A stretch of 64,000 nucleotides of DNA from Eledone cirrhosa (Eukaryota): assembly GCA_964016885.1 (NCBI GenBank), contig OZ024747.1, positions 59,458,001 through 59,522,000 of the forward strand, written 5' to 3'. Shown here piece after piece: positions 55,501 to 64,000 of this stretch (the stretch's first letter is position 1; every line of letters starts with the position of its first letter). The translations under genes were made by a program, and so were the position numbers. The notes below the pieces were generated by a model. The model did no database searches. It was given only the letters and a program-made list of their open reading frames with translations, and had not been told where the DNA came from.

Positions 55501-58500
55501 GACCCAGGATAGATATGAAATGTACACACACCCTTCCAAATAAAACTGTTAATAGATCCAGGATAGATATGAAATGTACACACACCCTTCCAAATAAAAC
55601 TGTTCATAGACCCAGGATAGATGTGAAATATACACACACCCTCACAAATAAAACTGTTCATAGACCCAGGATAGATATGAAATGTACACACACCCTTCCA
55701 AATAAAATTGTTCATAGACCCAGGATAGTTATGAAATGTACACACACCCTCACAAATAAAACTGTTTATAGACCCAGGATAGATATGAAATGTACACACA
55801 CCCTTCCAAATAAAACTTTATAGACCCAGGATAGATATGAAGTGTACACACACCCTCACAAATAAAACTGTTTATAGACCCAGGATAGATATGAAATGTA
55901 CACACCCTTCCAAATAAAACTGTTTATAGAACCAGGATAGTTATGAAATGTACACACACCCTTCCAAATAAATCTGTTCAGAGACCCAGGATAGATATGA
56001 AATGTACACACACCCTTCCAAATAAAACTGTTCATAGACCCAGGATAGATATGAAATGTACACACACCCTCACAAATAAAACTGTTTATAGACCCAGGAT
56101 AGATATGAAATGTACACACACCCTTCCAAATAAAACTGTTTATAGAACCAGGATAGTTATGAAATGTACACACACCCTTCCAAATAAATCTGTTCATAGA
56201 CCCAGGATAGATATGAAATGTACACACACCCTTCCTAATAAAACTTTATAGATCCAGGATAGATATGAAATGTACACACACCCTTCCAAATAAAACTGTT
56301 TATAGACCCAGGATAGTTATGAAATATACACACACCCTCACAAATAAAACTGTTTATAGACCCAGGATAGATATGAAATGTACACACACCCTTCCAAATA
56401 AAACTGTTCATAGACCCAGGATAGATATGAAATGTACACACACCCTTCCAAATAAAACTGTTTATAGACCCAGGATAGTTATGAAATGTACACACCCTTC
56501 CAAATAAAACTGTTCATAGACCCAGGATAGATATGAAATGTACACACACCCTTCCAAATAAAACTGTTTGTAGATCCAGGATAGATGTGAAATGTACACA
56601 CACCCTTCCAAATAAAACTGTTTATAGACCCAGGATAGATATGAAATGTACACACACCCTCACAAATAAAACTGTTCATAGACCCAGGATAGATATGAAA
56701 TGTACACACACCCTCACAAATAAAACTGTTTATAGACCCAGGATAGATATGAAATGTACACACACCCTTCCAAATAAAACTGTTCATAGACCCAGGATAG
56801 ATATGAAATGTACACACACCCTTCCAAATAAAACTGTTCATAGACCCAGGATAGATGTGAAATGTACACACACCCTTCCAAATAAAACTGTTTATAGACC
56901 CAGGATAGATATGAAATGTACACACACCCTCACAAATAAAACTGTTCATATATCCAGGATAGATATGAAATGTACACACACCCTTCCAAATAAAACTGTT
57001 CATAGACCCAGGATAGATATGAAATGTACACACACCCTTCCAAATAAAACTATTCATAGAGCCAGTATAGATACGAAATGTACACACACCCTTCCAAATA
57101 AAACTGTTTATAGACCCAAGATAGATATCAAATGTACACACACCCTTCCAAATAAAACTGTTCATAGACCCAGGATAGATATGAAATGTACACACACCCT
57201 TCCAAATAAAACTGTTTATAGACACTGGATAGATATGAAATGTACACACGCCCTCACAAATAAAACTGTTTATAGACCCAGGATAGATATGAAATGTACA
57301 CACCCTCACAAATATAACTGTTCATAGACCAAGGATAGATAAGAAATGTGTACACACCCTTCCAAATAAAACTGTTCATAGACCCAGGATAGATATGAAA
57401 TGTACACACACCCTCACAAATAAAACTGTTCATAGACCCAGGATAGATATGAAATGTACACACACCCTCACAAATAAAACTGTTTATAGACCCAGGATAG
57501 TTATGAAATGTACACACACCCTTCCAAATAAAACTGTTCATAGACCCAGGATAGATATGAAATGTACACACAGCCTTCCAAATAAAACTGTTCATAGACC
57601 CAGGATAGATATGAAATGTACACACACCCTTCCAAATAAAACTTGTTATAGACCCAGGATAGATATAAAATGTACACACACCCTCACAAATAAAACTTGT
57701 TATAGACCCAGGATAGATATGAAATGTACACACACCCTCACAAATAAAACTGTTCATAGACTCAGGAAAGATATGAAATGTACACACACCCTCACAAATA
57801 AAACTGTTCATAGATCCAGGATAGATATGAAATGTACACACACCCTTCCAAATAAAACTGTTCATAGACCCAGGATAGATATGAAATGTACACACACCCT
57901 TCCAAATAAAACTGTTCATAGACCCAGGATAGATATGAAATGTAGACACACCCTTCCAAATAAAACTGTTCATAGACCCAGGATAGATATGAAATGTACA
58001 CACAACCTTCCAAATAAAACTGTTTATAGACCCAGGATAGATATGAAATGTACACACACCCTCACAAATAAAACTGTTCATAGACCCAGGATAGATATAA
58101 ACTGTACACACACCCTCACAAATAAAACTGTTCATAGACCTAGGATAGATATGAACTGTACACACACCCTCACAAATAAAACTGTTCATAGAGCCAGGAT
58201 AGATATGAAATGTACACACACCCTTCCAAATAAAACTGTTTATTGACCCAGGATAGATATCAAATGTAGACACACACTTCCAAATAAAAATGTTCATAGA
58301 CCCAGGATAGATATGAAATGTACACACACCCTTCCAAATAAAACTGTTTATTGACCCAGGATAGATATCAAATGTAGACACACACTTCCAAATAAAAATG
58401 TTCATAGACCCAGGATAGATATGAAATGTACACACACCCTTCCAAATAAAACTGTTAATAGATCCAGGATAGATATGAAATGTACACACACCCTTCCAAA

Positions 58501-61500
58501 TAAAACTGTTCATAGACCCAGGATAGATGTGAAATATACACACACCCTCACAAATAAAACTGTTCATAGACCCAGGATAGATATGAAATATACACACACC
58601 CTTCCAAATAAAATTGTTCATAGACCCAGGATAGTTATGAAATGTACACACACCCTCACAAATAAAACTATTTATAGACCCAGGATAGATATGAAATGTA
58701 CACACACCCTTCCAAATAAAACTGTTTATAGACCCAGGATAGATATGAAATGTACACACACCCTCACAAATAAAACTGTTTATAGACGCAGGATAGATAT
58801 GAAATGTACACACACCCTTTCTAATAAAACTGTTTATAGAACCAGGATAGTTATGAAATGTACACACACCCTTCCAAATAAATCTGTTCATAGACCCAGG
58901 ATAGATATGAAATGTACACACACCCTTCCTAATAAAACTTTATAGATCCAGGATAGATATGAAATGTACACACACCCTTCCAAATAAAACTGTTTATAGA
59001 CCCAGAATAGTTATGAAATATACACACACCTTCACAAATAAAACTGTTCATAGACCCAGGATAGATATGAAATGTACACACACCCTTCCAAATAAAACTG
59101 TTCATAGACCCAGGATAGATATGAAATGTACACACACCCTTCCAAATAAAACTGTTCGTAGACCCAGGATAGATGTGAAATGTACACACACCCTTCCAAA
59201 TAAAACTGTTTATAGACCCAGGATAGATATGAAATGTACACACACCCTCACAAATAAAACTGTTCATAGACCCAGGATAGATATGAAATGTACGCACACC
59301 CTCACAAATAAAACTGTTTATAGACCCAGGATAGATATGAAATGTACACACACCCTTCAAAATAAAACTGTTCATAGAGCCAAGATAGATATGAAATGTA
59401 CACACACCCTCACAAATAAAACTGTTTATAGACCCAGGATAGTTATGAAATGTACACACACCCTTCCAAATAAAACTGTTTATAGACCCAGGGTAGATAT
59501 GAAATGTACACACACCCTTCCAAATAAAACATGTTATAGACCCAGGATAGATATGAAATGTACACACACCCTCACAAATAAAACTGTTCATAGACCCAGG
59601 ATAGATATGAAATGTACACACACCCTCACAAATAAAACTGTTCATATATCCAGGATAGATATGAAATGTACACACACCCTTCCAAATAAAACTGTTCATA
59701 GACCCAGGATAGATATGAAATATACACACACCCTTCCAAATAAAACTATTCATAGAGCCAGTATAGATACGAAATGTACACACACCCTTCCAAATAAAAC
59801 TGTTTATAGACCCAAGATAGATATAAAATGTACACACACAGCCTTCCAAATAAAACTGTTCATAGACCCAGGAGAGATATGAAATGTACACACACCTTTC
59901 CAAATAAAACTGTTTATAGACCCAGGATAGTTATGAAATGTACACACACCCTTCCAAATAAAATTGTTCATAGACCCAGGATAGATATGAAATGTACACA
60001 CACCCTTCCAAATAAAACTGTTCATAGACCCAGGATAGATATGAAGTGTAGACACACCCTTCCAAATAAAACTGTTCATAGACCCAGGATAAATATGAAA
60101 TGTACACACAACCTTCCAAATAAAACTGTTTATAGACCCAGGATAGATATGAAATGTACACACACCCTCACAAATAAAACTGTTCATAGACCCAGGATAG
60201 ATAAAAACTGTACACACACCCTCACAAATAAAACTGTTCATAGACCCAGGATAGATATGAACTGTACACACACCCTCACAAATAAAACTATTCATAGAGC
60301 CAGGATAGATATGAAATGTACACACACCCTTCCAAATAAAACTGTTTATTGACCCAGGATAGATATCAAATGTAGACACACACTTCCAAATAAAAATGTT
60401 CATAGACCCAGGATAGATATGAAATGTACACACACCCTTCCAAATAAAACGGTTCATAGACCCATTATGGATATGAAATGTACACACACCCTCACAAATA
60501 AGACTCTTCATAGACCCAGGATAGATATGAAATGTACACACACCCTTCCAAATAAAACTGTTAATAGATCCAGGATAGATATGAAATGTACACACACCCT
60601 TCCAAATAAAACTGTTTATAGACCCAGGATAGATATGAAATGTACACACACCCTCACAAATAAAACTATTTATAGACCCAGGATAGATATGAAATGTACA
60701 CACACCCTTCCAAATAAAACTGTTTATAGAACCAGGATAGTTATGAAATGTACACACACCCTTCCAAATAAATCTGTTCATAGACCCAGGATAGATATGA
60801 AATGTACACACACCCTTCCTAATAAAACTTTATAGATCCAGGATAGATATGAAATGTACACACACCCTTCCAAATAAAACTGTTCATAGACCCAGGATAG
60901 ATATGAAATGTACACACAACCTTCCAAATAAAACTGTTTATAGACCCAGGATAGTTATGAAATGTACACACACCCTTCAAAATAAAACTGTTCATAGAGC
61001 CAAGATAGATATGAAATGTACACACACCCTCACAAATAAAACTGTTTATAGACCCAGGATAGTTATGAAATGTACACACACCCTTCCAAATAAAACTGTT
61101 TATAGACCCAGGATAGATATGAAATGTACACACACCCTTCCAAATAAAACATGTTATAGACCCAGGATAGATATGAAATGTACACACACCCTCACAAATA
61201 AAACTGTTCATAGACCCAGGATAGATATGAAATGTACACACACCCTCAGAAATAAAACTGTTCATATATCCAGGATAGATATGAAATGTACACACACCCT
61301 TCCAAATAAAACTGGTCATAGACCCAGGATAGATATGAAATCTACACACACCCTTCCAAATAAAACTGTTCATAGACCCAGGATAGATATGAAATGTACA
61401 CACACCCTTCCAAATAAAACTATTCATACAGCCAGTATAGATACGAAATGTACACACACCCTTCCAAATAAAACTGTTTATAGACCCAAGATAGATATCA

Positions 61501-64000
61501 AATGTAGACACACCCTTCCAAATAAAACTGTTCATAGACCCAGGATAGATATGAAATGTACACACACCCTTCCAAATAAAACTGTTTATAGACCTAGGAT
61601 AGATATGAAATGTACACACGCCCTCACAAATAAAACTGTTTATAGACCCAGGATAGATATGAAATGTACACACACCCTCACAAATAAAACTGTTCATAGA
61701 CCCAGGATAGATAAGAAATGTACACACACCCTTCCAAATAAAACTGTTCATAGACCCAGGATAGATATGCAATGTACACACACCCTTCCAAATAAAACTT
61801 GTTATAGACCCAGGATAGATATGAAATGTAAACACACCCTCACAAATAAAACTGTTCATAGACCCAGGATAGATATGAAATGTACACACACCCTCACAAA
61901 TAAAACTGTTTATAGACCCAGGATAGATATGAAATGTACACACACCCTCACAAATAAAACTTGTTATAGACCCAGGATAGATATGAAATGTACACACACC
62001 CTCACAAATGAAACTGTTCATAGACTCAGGATAGATATGAAATGTACACACACCCTCAACACACACCCTCACAAATAAAACTGTTCATAGATCCAGGATA
62101 GATATGAAATGTACACACACCCTTCCAAATAAAACTGTTCATAGACCCAGGATAGATATGAAATGTACACACACCCTTCCAAATAAAACTGTTCATAGAC
62201 CCAGGATAGATATGAAATGTACACACACCGTTCCAAATAAAACTGTTCATAGAGCCAGGATAGATATGAAATGTACACACACCCTTCCAAATAAAACTGT
62301 TTATTGACCCAGGATAGATATCAAATGTAGACACACACTTCCAAATAAAAATGTTCATAGACCCAGGATAGATATGAAATGTACACACACCCTTCCAAAT
62401 AAAACTGTTCATAGACTCATTATGGATATGAAATGTACACACAGCCTTCCAAATAAAACTGTTCATAGACCCAGGAGAGATATGAAATGTACACACACCT
62501 TTCCAAATAAAACTGTTTATAGACCCAGGATAGTTATGAAATGTACACACCCTCACAAATAAAACTGTTCATAGACCCAGGATAGATATGAACTGTACAC
62601 ACACCCTCACAAATAAAACTGTTCATAGATCCAGGATAGATATGAAATGTACACACACCTTTCCAAATAAAACTGTTCATAGACCCAGGATAGATATTTA
62701 ATGTACACACACCCTTCCAAATAAAACTCTTCATAGACCCAGGATAGATATGAAATGTACACACACCCTTCCAAATAAAACTTGTTATAGACCCAGGATA
62801 GATATGAAATGTACACACACCCTCACAAATAAACTGTTCATAGACCCAGGATAGATATGAAATGTACACACACACCCTCACAAATAAAACTGTTCATAGA
62901 TCCAGGATAGATATGAAATGTACACACACCCTTCCAAATAAAACTGTTCATAGACCCAGGATAGATATGAAATGTACACACACCCTTCCAAATAAAACTG
63001 TTCATAGACCCAGGATAGATATGAAATGTACACACACCCTTCCAAATAAAACTGTTCATAGAGCCAGGATAGATATGAAATGTACACACACCCTTCCAAA
63101 TAAAACTGTTTATAGACCCAGGATAGATATCAAATGTAGACACACCCTTCCAAATAAAACTGTTCATAGACCCAGGATAGATATGAAATGTACACACACC
63201 CTTCCAAATAAAACTGTTCATAGACCCAGGATAGATATGAAATGTACACACACCCTTCCAAATAAAATTGTTTATAGACCCAGGATAGTTATGAAATGTA
63301 CACACACCCTTCCAAGTAAAACTGTTCATAGACCCAGGATAGATATGAAATGTACACACACCCTTCCAAATAAAACTGTTCGTAGACCCAGGATAGATAT
63401 GAAATGTACACACACCCTTCCAAATAAAACTGTTTATAGGCCCAGGATAGATATGAAATGTACACACAACCTCACAAATAAAACTGTTCATAGACCCAGG
63501 ATAGATATGAACTGTACACACACCCTCACAAATAAAACAGTTCATAGACCCAGGATAGATATGAAATGTACACACACCCTCACAAATAAAACTGTTTATA
63601 GACCCAGGATAGTTATGAAATGTACACACACCCTTCCAAATAAAACTGTTCATAGACACCCTTCCAAATAAAACTGTTCATAGAGCCAGGATAGATATGA
63701 AATGTACACACACCCTCACAAATAAAACTGTTTATAGACCCAGGATAGTTATGAAATGTACACACATCCTTCCAAATAAAACTGTTCATAGACCCAGGAT
63801 AGATATGAAATGTACACACACCCTCACAAATAAAACTGTTCATAGACCCAGGATAGATATGAAATGTACACACACCCTCACAAAAGAAACTGTTTATAGA
63901 CCCAGGATAGTTATGAAATGTACACACACCCTTCCAAATAAAACTGTTCATAGACACCCTTCCAAATAAAACTGTTCATAGACCCAGGATAGATATCAAA
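46590..64000. repeat. 54-bp satellite array, roughly 320 monomers, runs off the window end
   Basis: Consensus TAGACCCAGGATAGATATGAAATGTACACACACCCTTCCAAATAAAACTGTTCA; main variants TTCC/TCAC, TTCA/TTTA and GAT/GTT; degenerate monomers at the left edge. Confidence 0.98.

Noticed and set aside
46572-63969. Repeat ORFs as a genuine protein (e.g. zinc finger or structural protein)
   Set aside because: Both strands are open, frameshifting 2-bp indels are frequent, there is no unique N-terminus or C2H2 spacing, and satellite DNA explains it.
46590-64000. CRISPR-like array
   Set aside because: There are no unique spacers; whole monomers repeat. The context is eukaryotic with no cas genes.

Overview
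AT-rich, repeat-saturated eukaryotic (animal) genomic DNA. The mix of (TA)n/(CA)n microsatellites, tRNA-head SINEs and RTE-clade LINEs with (GAT)n tails is what I would expect of a coleoid cephalopod such as Octopus (inference, not verified). I find no host protein-coding exon I can support. The first 46.5 kb contain: a 5'-truncated, lightly disabled RTE-type LINE (17623-20519; end of APE endonuclease, RT with YADD, and a C4HC3 PHD-like finger inserted inside the RT domain); older relics of the same family; two tRNA-derived SINE families; piggyBac-like TTAA MITEs; a non-autonomous Helitron; a tiny Tc1/mariner MITE; and several perfect palindromes or inverted repeats. Some inverted repeats carry minimal type I hammerhead-ribozyme motifs typical of Penelope-like retroelements. 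The last 17.4 kb (about 46.6 kb to the window end) are a homogeneous 54-bp satellite with nested higher-order duplications. Its long 18-aa-repeat ORFs on both strands appear to be by-products of the repeat unit.
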